Shown here: positions 49,321 to 63,600 of the stretch, in pieces
How positions within the stretch are numbered: the first letter of the stretch is position 1
Layout: each line of letters starts with the position of its first letter
Source: Antedon mediterranea
Taxonomy: Eukaryota > Animalia > Echinodermata
Assembly: GCF_964355755.1 (NCBI RefSeq)
Contig: NC_092673.1
Coordinates: 16,278,948 to 16,342,947 of the forward strand
DNA: 64,000 nt
Reading direction: 5' to 3'
Position numbers and translations under genes: made by a program
The notes under the pieces: model-generated
Database searches by the model: none
The model's input: the letters and a program-made list of their open reading frames with translations, nothing else
Told to the model about the DNA's origin: nothing

Positions 49321-51353
49321 GGGTAGTAACAAAGTGCTAGGCAGCGAGGCACGCGAGGCAGGGAAGGCATGCGAGGCAAGTCAGAAATTTATGCGAGGCA
49401 TCGTTTTACCATCATCAAAAAATGCAAGGCATCATTTTATCATTTCTCAAAATTGCAAGGCAGGAAATCACCGAAATTAAAGTAGCCTAGGCCTAGGCCC
49501 GCTAGGCTAGTTTCCTTTTGCACCTGCCTTGTATTTTAACCAACTTTATCCTGAATACCACAGCTTAGAATTAGTAGGCCTACTTTAATGAAGAAAAATC
49601 ACATAAATATAACAATAAATCCATTAAATTGGTGATTTTACAGACGTTGTTTTTCTCGCATTTCGCACACTCAATGTTCAATATTTTGGTTTCTATGGAA
49701 CGCCAAAAGAGCAAAATTAATTAGAGGGCTAAAAACTCCATTTATATTTAACGCATTATTTGGTGAAAATCAAGTACAATAATTTCAATAGATTTTGTCA
49801 CTGTCAGTAAGGAAAAATGTTACTGTTGATAATGTACACGGTTTCGTTAACTTTTTAAAGAATAAAATAGAAAAATTCATCATAATATCCTTAGTAGGAT
49901 GTCCTAGGTCTAGACTAGGTAGTGATGTTGATTTAGGATCGATTATTATTCTTTGAAAACAGAACAGTATCAGCAGTAACATATTATAGCATTTTTATTG
50001 ACAAATTAACAAATATACTGAAATAAAACGTGTTTTTCACCAATAAATGCATGAGAAATTGACGCATTCCACTGAGTTTTAGTCCTCTATTATCGTTGCT
50101 CTTTTGGTGCTCCATAGAAACAAAAATATTGAACATTGAATAAGTGAAATTCGCGAACAGTGTGCGAGAAACACGCCTGTAAAATCATTAATTTAAGGAT
50201 TTATTTGTTACTTTTTATGTGATTCTTTCATTAAAGTACTCATGAGGTATACTTCTAAGGTGTGGTATTCACACGATAAAGTTAGTTATCAAATTTGGAG
50301 TAAAAATACAAGCGAAGGAAACTAGCGCCAGGTTTATTAGTACGTACATGGACAACAATAAATAAAAATCGTTCGTAATATACCTAGCTTACTAAAACAG
50401 GAATAGTGTATCATTATTAAATATTACACCAATTATTATTATATCAAAATTGATTAAATTATTTTCTACATAGGCCTCTTATCTAGGTTAGGGCTAAGCA
50501 TATTAGCTAAAGTTTAATTTTAGGCCTAGTATTACAATTGTCGGACGTAAGTCTTTTTTCACACGCGCTCCAGAATTCTGTCGCAATTTTTTTCTTTGCG
50601 GCATGTTATTGGATCGCCATATCAGTTACCTTTTATTCACCGCCAGTTATTGAACTTGTCCTGGCAATCGCTGTTCACCTTATTTGCGAGAGAGGTACAC
50701 GTGTTGTTCCTAGAGAATGGAAGGTCAAAAATGTCTTTGGCACGCCGCTCAGAGAGAAGTCTGTGCGTTGCTGCTGAAACCACGTGCTATAGGAGGGGAA
50801 TGCATCACAATAATCCTCTGAGCTGAGGGCTGAATCATTCCGCTACCTGCTAAATAGTAAAGAGGGATTTTCCATCTCTCGGGTCTACCGGATCTAGGCG
50901 CAGGGGTGTGACAAAATATTATTTTCACTCTGCTATGTTCGAGAGACATGTGAGTGAACACGCTCGAAATGCCAACAAACATTGCAGTCAGTTGATGAGT
51001 GTGTCGCTATAACAATTATTGTTAAAGTTGAAGACTGTCGTTCAGATTTTTGAACCGTAGTTTGGGCACTTTTGTAAAAGTAAAATTTGACACGATATGA
51101 CTTGAATGAAAAAACAATCGTTACATAAAAATAAACAACATGATGAGTGTATACACGAATCTATTTAGATACGCTTGTATCGATTGATTATTAGGCCTAT
51201 AATATAGCATAATAGCACGTTAAGATATGCCTCGCACCTTTTTGAAATTGTAAACTATATGCCTCGCATGCCTCGCACTTTTGGAAATGATAAAATGATG
51301 CCTCGCACAAATATTTGGCATGCCTCGCTGCCTCGCACTTTGTCAACACTCCC
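49321..51353. mobile_element. Nested TIR element containing an internal foldback (about 49500-50330)
   Basis: GGG..acaaagtgc.aggcagcgaggca ... tgcctcgctgcctcgcactttgt..CCC with ta flanks; 49540-49740 is inverted at 50070-50280. Confidence 0.7.
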
Positions 51354-52136
51354 TAGGCTAGATCTGTAATAATTGTATGGGTAGGTAGAAGGCCTAAACT
51401 TAAAGTGAAATATCCTGATAACCCACGTCACACAGTAGTAACACACACAAAACAGTAGATACACGTGATACAGAAAAACTATGAGGATATGCAATCTAAA
51501 CAGTCATGGCCATTTTATGGATATTGACCCTAGCTAGACTTGTTAGTTTGAAAGTAAGCCTAATAATAATTACTATAATAATAACTATAGTTAATACTTA
51601 GTAGGCAGCCCTAGTTTCTATAGGTCCAGGCTAGGCCTAAGGCTAGGCCTAGGGCCTAGTACTAACCAGGGCCATAAGTACTAACAGTCATAGAAAAGAG
51701 GCCTACCTAGGCTAGGCATATATTTTTTACTAGGCCTAGCCTATGCCCTATACTAGGCCTAGCCTATTAATTAATAATTATTAATTACTGTATATTGATT
51801 TGGCTTATTTATTTTATTTATAAAAAAAAACTTTCTAAATTTTAATGTATTGTTCACCCTGAAAAAAAATAATTCTTAATAATCTTACTTTTTGTTTAAT
51901 AAATATGCAATTTTTTGTAATGTCACATAATTGATAGGCCTAGTTATCCACTATATAATAAAACTATATAAAATTAAGTTTAAAAAAAAGAGATATAATT
52001 AAGAAATAAGTGAATAATAATCTTTATATTTTTAATCTTTAATAAGTAGGAACAAAATAGGCCAATTCAAAGCCAAGTATTTTTGCATCAAGGTTGTTAT
52101 AGTGTGTACAATTTCAGACTCTTATTATCATTTCAG

Positions 52137-53192
52137 ATTGCAAGTGATGAAGTTGGTGCTTTGACGGACGCACAGCTAACAAGTCTGGGGGTTGCAACCC
52201 TCGGAGACCGTCAGCGTCTACGAGCCAACTGTAGACAGACAGGTATAAGTCCTATAATTGCAATCTCTATGTATTTAACCCCCTTTTTACCCCTTTTTCT
52301 TGACACCATGGCTATCCACACAATAAGTCGTAAATGGAATTCCCTAAAAGCGTCCCTCCCTCCAAATGGTGAATGGTCAAGAAAGAAGATGGAGCGTTAT
52401 AAACAAAAAAAGAAAAAATTTAGGCATCGTTGGGTTTCGAACCTGGGACCATGAACACTAAAGGAGCATAATCTACCGTTCAGCCATCCAATTGGCTTAC
52501 GATGGAGCTATGTCATAACCGATTATTCTTTATCAAACTTCTATTGATGTATTCTGCCTTATTTACTTGTGAACATATTCTTTTGATCTTGTTCATTTTA
52601 AAACTTATTTTGATGACCATCGACACATGTTATCCTTCATGACCTTTGTTTTCATGTGTTTTTTTGTATTAATTTAGCAATTTACAGTATGAATTTTGTG
52701 TGTGTGTGTAAAGATCAATTTTGTATTATTGGCTTCAAATACTGTTATCTATTTATCTATTTATGTTTTTTAATAGGATCCATTTTGTCCAGATTTTTGC
52801 CAGTAGGCAAAACTAAGCCATATGCAAAAAAACAACAAAAACAAAAAATATCATCATGGACAAGGAAGGTGGTTTGCCTGGCTGAGCCAGATACAGATGC
52901 AACACCTAAAGCATGTAGAAAGCAGATGCTGGCAGAGGCCGGACTTGGGGGAAAAAATGTTACCGTGCCTGATATAAATGCAACCCCGGAAGAATTCGAA
53001 ACAGTTTTATTCGCCAGCTTCCCCAAGCTGAAAAATGCAGGGGGATTTGAAATCATGCTCTGCTTTGGGAATGAGAGAAAACTTTTACCTCTGAAGGGAA
53101 GTTATACCCCTTTAAACATCAGAGATAAGTTAGGGCAAGGCCGAATTTACTTACGGCCAATTTAAAATGCCTTAAGTATGGAAGCAGAGTCT
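52137..53192 (+). pseudogene. Transposon accessory gene relic: SAM-like exon (52137-52242) and exon 52777-53192 resembling the N-terminal region of transposon-borne G2E3-like HECT proteins
   Basis: LTDAQLTSLGVATLGDRQRL; WTRKVVCL...LAEAGLG...FPKLKNAGGFE...RIYLRPI*. The TAA at 53163 lies inside the exon. Family recognised from memory only. Confidence 0.6.
52423..52489 (-). mobile_element. tRNA-derived SINE head in the relic's intron
   Basis: Minus strand tggctgaacggt ... ccaggttcgaaaccc. Confidence 0.5.
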
Positions 53193-53366
53193 GTAAGTAA
53201 AATAGCTTAATAGTTTTTATTCATACTGAGATATTATGGATAGTATATCATTCAATTGTTTTATTGTTTTAGCTTCAATTGCTACATTTACAGATTGTGA
53301 TAAATTATTTTTATTCATTTTAAATTTGTATTGTTTTTAGAACATTGAAGAAAACTCAGGATTGGT

Positions 53367-53579
53367 TCAAAAATACATCTGTAGTCGTCTGAATACTGTA
53401 CGAACACTAACACACAGTATAGCAGCAATTTCAGAACACTTGAAGCCTTCACAAATAAGGCTTTCCAATACTTCTTTTTTGATGACATATGTATTAGCTT
53501 TCCCTTTATTTAACAAACTTGAATTTGTACATTCATCTTTTATTGCTGTTACTGTAGCCACATCATACACACCAACAAG
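53367..53579 (-). pseudogene. Transposase N-terminal HTH fragment
   Basis: YVIKKEVLESLICEGFKCSEIAAILCVSVRTVFRRL is an HTH; the DDE core is absent. Possible start context aagATGGCGGCT at 54400. Confidence 0.65.
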
Positions 53580-55715
53580 CTGAAAATCTGTGACACTCAG
53601 AAGTTCTACTACATCAGTAGTGATCTATATTAAATAAGAAATAATAAATATTTATTCAATACATTCTTTATGATTTTTTTCATCATACTGTTATTTGTTA
53701 AACATATACTTTAATTATAGTTAAATATGGTCAGTTTTGGCTTTCAAAACCTGTCCGGCCAGACCTTTTTTAACCGCCAAAACTAGTCCGGCCTGGATAA
53801 AATCGGTCTGGGCAGTAGGACTGTTTTTGACCGCCAAATATGGTCCGGTATTACAAAATTAGTCATAATATATACTGTATATCATTCATTCAAAAAAGGT
53901 ATTATATTGAAAACTACAGGGTTTCATTTGTGATTTTAATATTATAAATTAAGCCTGTTTTTTAATTATCATTATTAATAATGAGTACTATTGTTAGGCT
54001 TTTTGTGTACAATAATCCACTTTGTTCTTTTGTTTTAACATCCTCATTTTCATGATGTTAAAAACAATTTAATTCATTACTGATTTATGGTTAATCAATC
54101 AATAAATCAGTTCAATCATTATAAAACACTTATACCAATATTGATTTGGCCTAGGAAGAAGGGACTCAATCATAAAATAAAATCTAGCTGGCAATTATAT
54201 CAGCGTCTCATACGTTGACATGAGTGTGTGGCAGGCTGAAATCTGACTGAACATGTACCTAAGTCATGTTTTTAGAATAAAATTATACACTTAACACGCT
54301 GCGTTGCGTATCGTTCTCACGAATAGGCTCAACACAGGCGTATAACTATAGCAGTGCATACTGCGTAGGGCATATCTGATTGGTCAATTGCAGCCGCCAT
54401 CTTGGCACTTCTTGAACTGCGATAACATTGCAGTTTGCCATCTAGCCTTCGGCTATATAATTATTAATATCATTGGTACTACTACGTACTACTATATATA
54501 ATATAGGCCTAGGCCTACTAGACATTTTGTAATGTTGTATGGCTAGGCTAAAACTAAAGTGCTCAAACAGAATTAGTCTAGGCCTACCTAGCAGAGTAGG
54601 CCTAGGCTAGACCTAGAGTAGTAATAATAGTCCTCTAGGAAAGCGTAATAATAAATAGGCTAGGTCTAGCCCTATTGTGTTAGGATTGTTTGGGCTAGCC
54701 TACCTAGCCTAAACTACTACTAAACCAATACTACCACTCTAGTCTAGCCTAGGCCTATCGAAATTATAGTAATATTTTGATTGATACTCTACTACTAGCC
54801 TAAGTAGGAGGCCTAGGCTAGTAGGCCTAGCCTAGTATAAACTACCCTATTATAGGCTAGGCCTAGTAGGCTAGTAGGCCTACTAGCTAGCCTCTTGGGT
54901 TGGCAATAAATCAAACCTTTTCTCTCTCAAAATGGTCAATAAGGTGGTACAATTGCAAGTTCTCTAACACATTAATTAATTAGTGAACCAAACACTCTGC
55001 AGCGCAGCAGGCTGTATGTTTTGTAAACTTTTCATAGACTTATTTCCAGCCGTTGATTTTCTTTCATTTGACCCCATGTCAAAGGTTAGAATTTAATTGC
55101 GCCGAATAAAAAAGGGCCGAATAAAAAAGAGCCGAACGTAATGGTAAATGGGCTGAATAAAAAAGAGCCGAATGCTGAAAGAGCCGAACGTAATGGTAAA
55201 TGGGCCGAATAAAAAAGAGCCGAATGCTGAAAGAGCCGAACGTAATGGTAAATGGGCCGAATAGAAATGCGCCGAATGCTAAAAGAGCCGAACGTAATGG
55301 TAAATGGGCCGAATAGAAATGCGCCGAATGCTAAAAGAGCCGAACGTAATGCTAAAAGAGCCGAATAGAATTAACGTTTGCTGCCGGAGGCAGTGATGGC
55401 GTTCCATACAGCATACATGTCATCTCCATCCAGTAACGCCAGCATACAGGTCATCTTCATTCATTAACACCAGCATACAGGTCATCTTCATTCAGTAAGA
55501 CCAGCATACAGGTCATCTTCATTCAGTAACACCAGCATACAGGTCATCTTCATTCAGTAACACCAGCATACAGGTCATCTTCATTCAGTAACACCAGCAT
55601 ACAGGTTATCGTCATGCAATACCGCCAGCATACAGGTCATCTTCATTCAGTAACACCAGCATACAGGTTATCTTCATGCAATAACGCCAACATACAGGTC
55701 ATCTTCATTCAGTAA

Positions 55716-57304
55716 AGATTCAAGATTCAAGAAATTTTATTTGTCCATAAAAATGGAAATTCACTTTGCTTGGTAGATTAAAACAACAATATTGCAACAA
55801 TTTAAAAACGTGCAGTATTATAACAGATTAAAAATACAAGATAAAAAGTTAAAAATACTGTTAAAAATGTAAAACTATTAAAAATTGCATTAACGTCTTA
55901 CATTAGAATTAAAAATATGAATGCTATTTACAACGAAGGATTTTCTAGTTCTACAAAGATTTGCTCTTGGAGGTCGTAGCCTAATGCCTGATCTATTTAA
56001 GTTATAACAGTAATGTAACGGATGAGTGGGGTCTTTCATAATATTGTTTACTTTTTTTAGAATACTCTTTTCATAGATAAATGAACAAGGCGTAAGATCA
56101 GCTTTAATAATACGTTGTGCAATTTTACGTGGTCTCTCAATATTTTTCTTATCATTTTCAGTAAAGTTACCATAAAAACATCCAATGCTAAAAGATAAAA
56201 TACTTTGAAAAATACTTTGATAAAATAGAATTAAAATAGTGTTATCAACTCTAATTTGCTTGAGTTTTCTGAGAAAGTAGAGCCTTTGAGATGCCTTCTT
56301 GGAAATCATGAGAGAGTTTGACTCCCATTTTAATTTGTTGTCAATTATAGTATTTGTATTGGGTTACTCTTTCAACCTCGGTTCCTTTAATAGTTATTAC
56401 ATTATGTTCAACTGCAGTTTTACGAAAATCTATTATTATCTCTTTGGTTTTAGTAATATTAAGTATTAAGTTCATATCTTCACACCAATTAACAAATCTT
56501 CCAACTTCATTAACAAATTCATTTACATTATGCTTACTATCGCAAAGAAAACCACTAATTACAGTATCGTCAGCGTATTTTACAATATTGCAATCTTTGC
56601 TTAAAATATTAAAACTACTAGAATAAAAAGAGAACAAAATTGGAGAGATAACACATCCTTGAGGAGCTCCAACACTGGTAGATTCTTTGTTGGATAGGAT
56701 ACCATTGCACTTAACCATCTGCGGTCTATTAATCAAAAAACTATATATAACTTTGGCGAGCTGAGGTGAGACATTAAAACTTAATAATCTATCAATTAAA
56801 ACATGTGGTAAAATAGTATTAAAAGCACTGGAGAAATCGAAAAATATAGACTGTACATAATTTCTTTTTGAATCAAGGTGATGATATGTATCATGGAGAT
56901 AAGAATTAACAGCATCGTCAATCCCTCTATTTTTCTTGTATGCAAATTGATTCTTATCTGCATTACCAATATTTTCCTTAAGTCTAGAAACAATCAACCT
57001 TTCTAAGCATTTCATTAAATTTGAAGTAATTGCAATTGGTCTAAAATCTTTTGGTACACTAGGTTTATTAACTTTAGGCAATGGATTTATGATAGAAGTT
57101 TTCCATATGCGTGGAACAGTACCATTTCTAAAAATAATATTAAAAATATGAGTAAAAATTGGACATAGTTGGATATTGCACACTTTTAAAATTCTGTTTG
57201 AAATCCCATCTGGTCCAGTTGCCTTATTGACTTTTACACGTGCAAATTCTCTTAAGACCTCGTCTTCATTAACAAGAACATTATTATTATCATCATTACC
57301 AATA

Positions 57305-57335
<31 letters not shown>

Positions 57336-58980
57336 ATTCATTATCTTTAAGATTGTTAAGTTTCTCACTGGTAGCCAACATGTCTGTTTCATATTGACCA
57401 TCATCAAATCTGCAGAAAAATTTGTTTAAGGAGTCCACAAACTTCTTGTCACATTCACCTACGTATTTTTTCGGTTTCTCTTTGTAGTCAGTGAGCATAT
57501 ACATTGCTTTCCAGGCCGAACGCGTGTCTTTATCCTTGAAATGTTTTTCCATTTTAGCTTTATATTTTTGTTTTGCTTTTAATATACTAGCATCAATCTC
57601 CTTCTGAATTCGCTTCGCTTCATCTTTCTTGCCGGCTGCATATTCTTTTTTCTTTTTAACTATGAGACATTTCGTTTCATGTAAAAACCATGGCTTGCAA
57701 TTTGGGTACATTTTTGTCTTCCTTTTAGGTATAATGGTATCAGCACAATAGTTTATGTAAGAACAAACAGCATTCACTTCAACATCGATAGAATTTTCGG
57801 ATTCTGAGAAAACACCCCAGTCCGTAGATTCAAAACAACCCTTTAGCATATCAATTGCCTCAGTGCTCCAGATCTGCCTTTCTTTGACTACAGGCTTCTG
57901 TCTTTTTAAGATTGGCTTGTAGAGTGGTCTTAGAATCACGATGTCGTGGTCAGAGTTTCCCAATGGGGCACATGTTTTAGCATTATAAGCCTTGGGGATG
58001 TTTGAATAACACAGATCCAGAATTGCATTTCCTCGTGTTGGTTGCTGTACAAATTGTTTAAACGTAGGAAGAACAGTGTTCAGGTTACATTGGTTAAAAT
58101 CTCCCAGAATGATTTTTACAGCGTCTGGGGAATGCGATTCAATATTATTGACCTGCTCAGCAATGTGTTCACACGCGATAGTATAATTTGCACCTAGGTG
58201 AATATATACTATACAAATAAAAATTTGTGGAAATTCGCGCGGTAAGTAGAAAGGTCTGATCCCAACAGTAAGTACTTCATAGTCGGGTGTACAGGCTTTT
58301 GACCAAACCTTCCAGTTGTTACAAAATTGTTGGTTAATATAAAGACAGACTCCACCACCTGTAGTTTTACCTGAATTTATGGTTCTATCACTTCTCAGGA
58401 GTGTGAAATTTTCAAGCTCAATGGCTGAGTCAGCTATTTCATCTTTGAGCCATGTCTCCGTAAAACATAGTAATGAAGCTTCTCTATATTCATGGAGAAA
58501 TCGTATATTAGCTCGCATTTCGTCCATTTTGTTCTGCAGTGATCTAACGTTACCAAAAGTAATGACAGGTAGAGGGTGTTTAATTCCTCTTCTCCTTAGA
58601 CGTTGACGGATACCACCTTTTTTGCCCCTTTTACGTTTACGTTTTGTTAGGCAAGTATTTAAATCCAAGCCCACAAGGTCAAGTGGCTTAGAGTAGTTCG
58701 GTTTACGGTACCATTTTAGTTCGTCTGCCGTGTAGGTGATTCGCATTGAGCGCACCATCATCATAGACACGTACGTAGGCCTAGCAGGAAAATTGTTGAT
58801 AACAGTGACAAATAAAACAATTAACGTCCACAAGTGCAACATTTCAAGTAACAACTATACATAGAATGTAAAAGAACACAAATTCTACAAAAAAAGTAGA
58901 ATACAACAGCAAATATAAATTCAAAATTTAACGACACGAATTTACCAAGCGGGTCGCCGCAGTGCAGCGCCACCATCCAA
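55716..58980 (-). mobile_element. Near full-length Rex1/Babar-like LINE (single APE-RT ORF, one frameshift)
   Basis: ORF 56341-58854: RKRGKKGG, NVRSL, FTETWL, GDFN, SDH, DFSSAFNT, GAPQG, YADD. Continues in 55890-56309. 3' AATAAA plus (TCTTGAA)n tail. Confidence 0.93.
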
Positions 58981-59303
58981 CAGCAGCATACAGGTCATCT
59001 TCCTTCAGTAACACCAGCATACAGGTCATCTTCATTCAGTAACGCCAGCATACAGGTCATCTTCATTCAGTAACGCCAGCATACAGGTCACCTTCATTCA
59101 GTAAGACCAGTATACAGGTCATCTTCATTCAGTAAGACCAGCATACAGATCATCTTCATTCAGTAATACCAGCATACAGATCATCTTCATTCAGTAACAC
59201 CAGCATACAGGTCATCTTCCTTCAGTAACACCAGCATACAGGTCATCTTCATTCAGTAACGCCAGCATACAGGTCATCTTCATTCAGTAACGCCAGCATA
59301 CAG

Positions 59304-59867
59304 TACCCCTTTCACACCAAAACTCCGGAGTGTCTCCGGAGACACCCCGGGGTTTATGACCATTCAAAACGTCGAGAAACTCCGGAGATACCCCTTTCAC
59401 ACCAACCTAGCAACACCGGGGTTTATAAAATAAAATTGTAAATGTCGCTCTCTATTTTGTTTGTTTACATAGCGACGATCATTAGAATCATTTTAATTAA
59501 TAATATTTTAAATTTAATAATTACTTTCAAAAGTCTCAGAAGTAATATAATGTTTTATTTATACTACTTATTATTTTCTAGACCCGCTATATATTTTTTA
59601 CAAATATTTATAGTGTTTTAAAATAAAACTAAATAAATAATTGATTGCGAGGATAACCTTTTGACCCGAAACACTCCGGAGTTTGATGTTGGTACCTTTC
59701 ACACCAAAACACTGGGGTGTCCCCGCAGTTCGCTCTCCGGAGAATGTTCAGCTGTTCAACCCCGCAGTTTTAAACTCCGGAGTTGCTTGATTTTACCTTT
59801 CACACCAAACAGCGGGGCGTCAACTCCGGGGTGTCTCCGGAGTTTTGCTTTTGGTGTGAAAGGGGTA
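59304..59867. mobile_element. MITE, probably Harbinger-type (3-bp cag/gag flanks)
   Basis: TACCCCTTTCACACCAAAA ... TTTTGGTGTGAAAGGGGTA; internal actccggag palindromes. Confidence 0.75.
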
Positions 59868-60610
59868 GAGGTCACCTTCATTCAGTAAGACCAGTATACA
59901 GGTCATCTTCATTCAGTAATGCCAGCATACAGGTCATCTTCATTCAGTAAGACCAGCATACAGGTCATCTTCATTCAGTAAGACCAGCATACAGGTCATC
60001 TTCATTCAGTAAGACCAGCATACAGATCATCTTCATTCAGTAACACCAGCATACACGTTATCTTTATTCTGTAACACCAGCATACAGGTCATCTTCATGC
60101 AGTAACACCAGTATACATGTCATCTTAATGCAGTAACACCAGCGTAGGTCATCTTCATACAGTAACACCGGCATACATGTCATCTTCATTCAGTAACACC
60201 AGCATACAGGTCATCTTCATTCAGTAACACCAGCTTACAGGTCATCTTCATACAGTAACACCGGCATACAGGTCATCTTCATGCAGTACCACCGGCATAC
60301 AGGTCATCTTTATTCAGTAAAACCAGCATACAGATCATCTTCATTCAGTAACGCCAGCATACAGGTCATCTTCATTCAGTAACGCCAGCATACAGGTCAT
60401 CTTCATTCAGTAACACCAGCATACAGGAGTCATCTTCATGCAGTAACACCAGCATACAGGTCATCTTTCATTCATTTAATGCAAAGGTTTGTCTGTCTGA
60501 TGGAATTATGTTTTACATTTCATATTTTCAGAAGAGAATGTGTAGGCTTACTTTTACACTAGAAGCTATCGGCATTAATAATTGTTAAATGAAGACACTG
60601 TATTTTTGCA

Positions 60611-63600
60611 ATGGAAAGGTAGGTTTTTAACAATTATTTCAAACAAAAATAACCAGCTCCAATATGTGTTGATATTATTGAAATATGTAACTATTAAAAA
60701 CAAATTAAAATGTTTAAATAGTTATATTGACATACATATACAGTATATACATAACATTCTTTATAATCATAATTTATAGTTCAAACAAAAAGAAAACACT
60801 TTGATTTTAAGATATTCTTTTGAGAAAAATACTTCAAACTTTCAAACAAAGATTATAAAATCCAAAATTATTTCTTTCTTTCTTTAAAAATTATGAAATC
60901 ATAAATATTACAATTAAAGGGCTTATTCTCATTAAATATAATAATAATAATATTTCCATCAATCATCATTCTCATTAAATACGCGGGTAAAAATGGATTT
61001 TTTCTTACATTTTGACAGGAAAGATTTGGTAGAAGCTTTGTCATGGCATGATTTGAAAACAATTAAACAAATCTGTAAGACGCAACCAGGTCTTCTGAAA
61101 TCTATCGATGAGGTATAAAAACAGATATATTTTTATAAGATTATCAAAGAAGAAATTCTTTTCATTAAAGTTTAAAATTATAGAGGATGTAATTTTCTTT
61201 AATAGTTTAAAGCTTATAATGAATTACAATTCTTTTGCATTATCACACTGATGATGGAGGTATAACCTGCATGTACTGATTAACCACATTAGGCTAAAAA
61301 TAATAATATAAATACACACTGATGATGGAGGTATAACCTGCATGCACTGATTAACAACATTAGGCTAAAAATAATAATATAAATACACACTGATGATGGA
61401 GGTATAACCTGCATGTACTGATTAACCACATTAGGCTAAAAATAATAATATAAATACACACTGATGATGGGGGTATACCTGCATGTACTGATTAACAACA
61501 TTAGGCTAAAAATAATAATATAAATACACACTGATGATGGAGGTATAACCTGCATGCACTGATTAACCACATTAGGCTAAAAATAATAATATAAATACAC
61601 AGATGATGGAGGTATAACCTGCATGTACTGATTAACAACATTAGGCTAAAAATAATAATATAAATACACACTGATGATGGAGGTATAACCTGCATGCACT
61701 GATTAACCACATTAGGCTAAAAATAATAATATAAATACACACTGATGATGGAGGTATAACCTGCATGCACTGATTAACCACATTAGGCTAAAAATAATAA
61801 TATAAATACACACTGATGATGGAGGTATAACCTGCATGTACTGATTAACAACATTAGGCTGAAAATAATAATATAAATACACACTGATGATGGAGGTATA
61901 ACCTGCATGCACTGATTAACCACATTAGGCTATAAATAATAATTACACTGATGATGGAGGTATAACCTGCATGTACTGATTAACAACATTAGGCTAAAAA
62001 TAATAATATAAATACACACTGATGATGGAGGTATAACCTGCATGCACTGATTAACAACATTAGGCTATAAATAATAATATAAATACACACTGATGATGGA
62101 GGTATAACCTGCATGTACTGATTAACCACATTAGGCTATAAATAATAATATAAATACACACTGATGATGGGGGTATAACCTGCATGTACTGATTAACAAC
62201 ATTAGGCTAAAAATAATAATATAAATACACAGATGATGGAGGTATAACCTGCATGTACTGATTAACAACATTAGGCTAAAAATAATAATATAAATACAAA
62301 CTGATGATGGAGGTATAACCTGCATGCACTGATTAACCACATTAGGCTAAAAATAATAATATAAATACACACTGATGATGGAGGTATAACCTGCATGTAC
62401 TGATTAACCACATTAGGCTAAAAATAATAATATAAATACACACTGATGATGGGGGTATAACCTGCATGCACTGATTAACAACATTAGGCTAAAAATAATA
62501 ATATAAATACACACTGATGATGGGGGTATAACCTGCATGTACTGACTAACCACATTAGGCTAAAAATAATAATATAAATACACACTGATGATGGAGGTAT
62601 AACCTGCATGCACTGATTAACAACATTAGGCTAAAAATAATAATATAATAAATCAAAGTTTAGCAGGATCTAAATGAAACATAACAAGACATGATTTTTT
62701 TTGGAAAAATGTTACAATGAGAGAAAAAAGTAAGCACTTTATTAAAACAAACCAAATAAAAATAACTAAATAGTTTATATGATTTATAACTGATTTAAAG
62801 TGTACGGTACCTAGCTGTCAAATACCATAAATCTTTAATCTACTTGTAATTATTTTGTATCAAGTGACAATGGTCTAATTAATTGTAAATATGAAATAAA
62901 ATGGGACAACTAGATTGACCAATATAAAAGAACAAATAAAAAAATGGTTGTTAAAAAATGAATAGATTCTGATTTTAATAAAAAATAATTATTAATTAAT
63001 AACCTGCTCCCTCCCTTACCTTACAAAAAATTCTTCTGTCAGTCTATCCAGCTAATTATAAACATGGCCTTAAAGATATTTTTTTCCAACCTATTCTAGA
63101 AGTTGCATTTAATGTACTGACATTTCCCATTAACTAAATTTAAATATAAATTCATTTAACTGCTTATTGGCCTCATATTTTTAATATCTCAACATTTGTT
63201 TGTACAATTTTATAAAATATGTATTTTATTAATGTTCAAATTTTGTGATTGATTTTGTACAGCAAGTAGATTTTAATGATTACTTACATTAAGTAATAGC
63301 CTAACAATCACTACATCTGATCCATGGTAATATATTATATTTTGTTTTCATTTATCAATAATGATAATTAGGATTTTATCACATTATTTAGCAGTAATTG
63401 TTGTTGTTTGTATTGACAAAAAAAACAAATTTCACATAATGTCTGTTGTCAGTTTATAAACTTCATGATTATCATTCCTTTCCAGGATGGTGACACTCCA
63501 TTACATTCATATCTGTGGAGTGAATATCCATGTTAAGATATTCTAGTTTGTTCTCATTTATCAATAGTTAACAATTAGGATTATTTACCACATTATTTAG

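Larger units (their letters stand above)
48714..55408. mobile_element. IS3EU-like DNA transposon, internally deleted
   Basis: TATGG...CCATA termini; TIRs of about 400 bp with ttcggc/gccgaa repeats; 6-bp TSD cagcat; convergent gene relics inside. Confidence 0.8.
48362..60470. repeat. 31-bp minisatellite fragmented by TE insertions
   Basis: aacaccagcatacaggtcatcttcattcagt at 48362-48470, 48690-48713, 55409-55715, 58981-59303 and 59868-60470. Confidence 0.95.

Noticed and set aside
52423-52489. Functional tRNA genes (also 13952 and 16244)
   Set aside because: Only A/B boxes are recognisable; no convincing full cloverleaf.
54500-54900. CTAGG/TAGGCC-rich tracts (also about 33730-33850 and 51600-51770)
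   Set aside because: Low-complexity sequence with no fixed period or boundaries that I could define.
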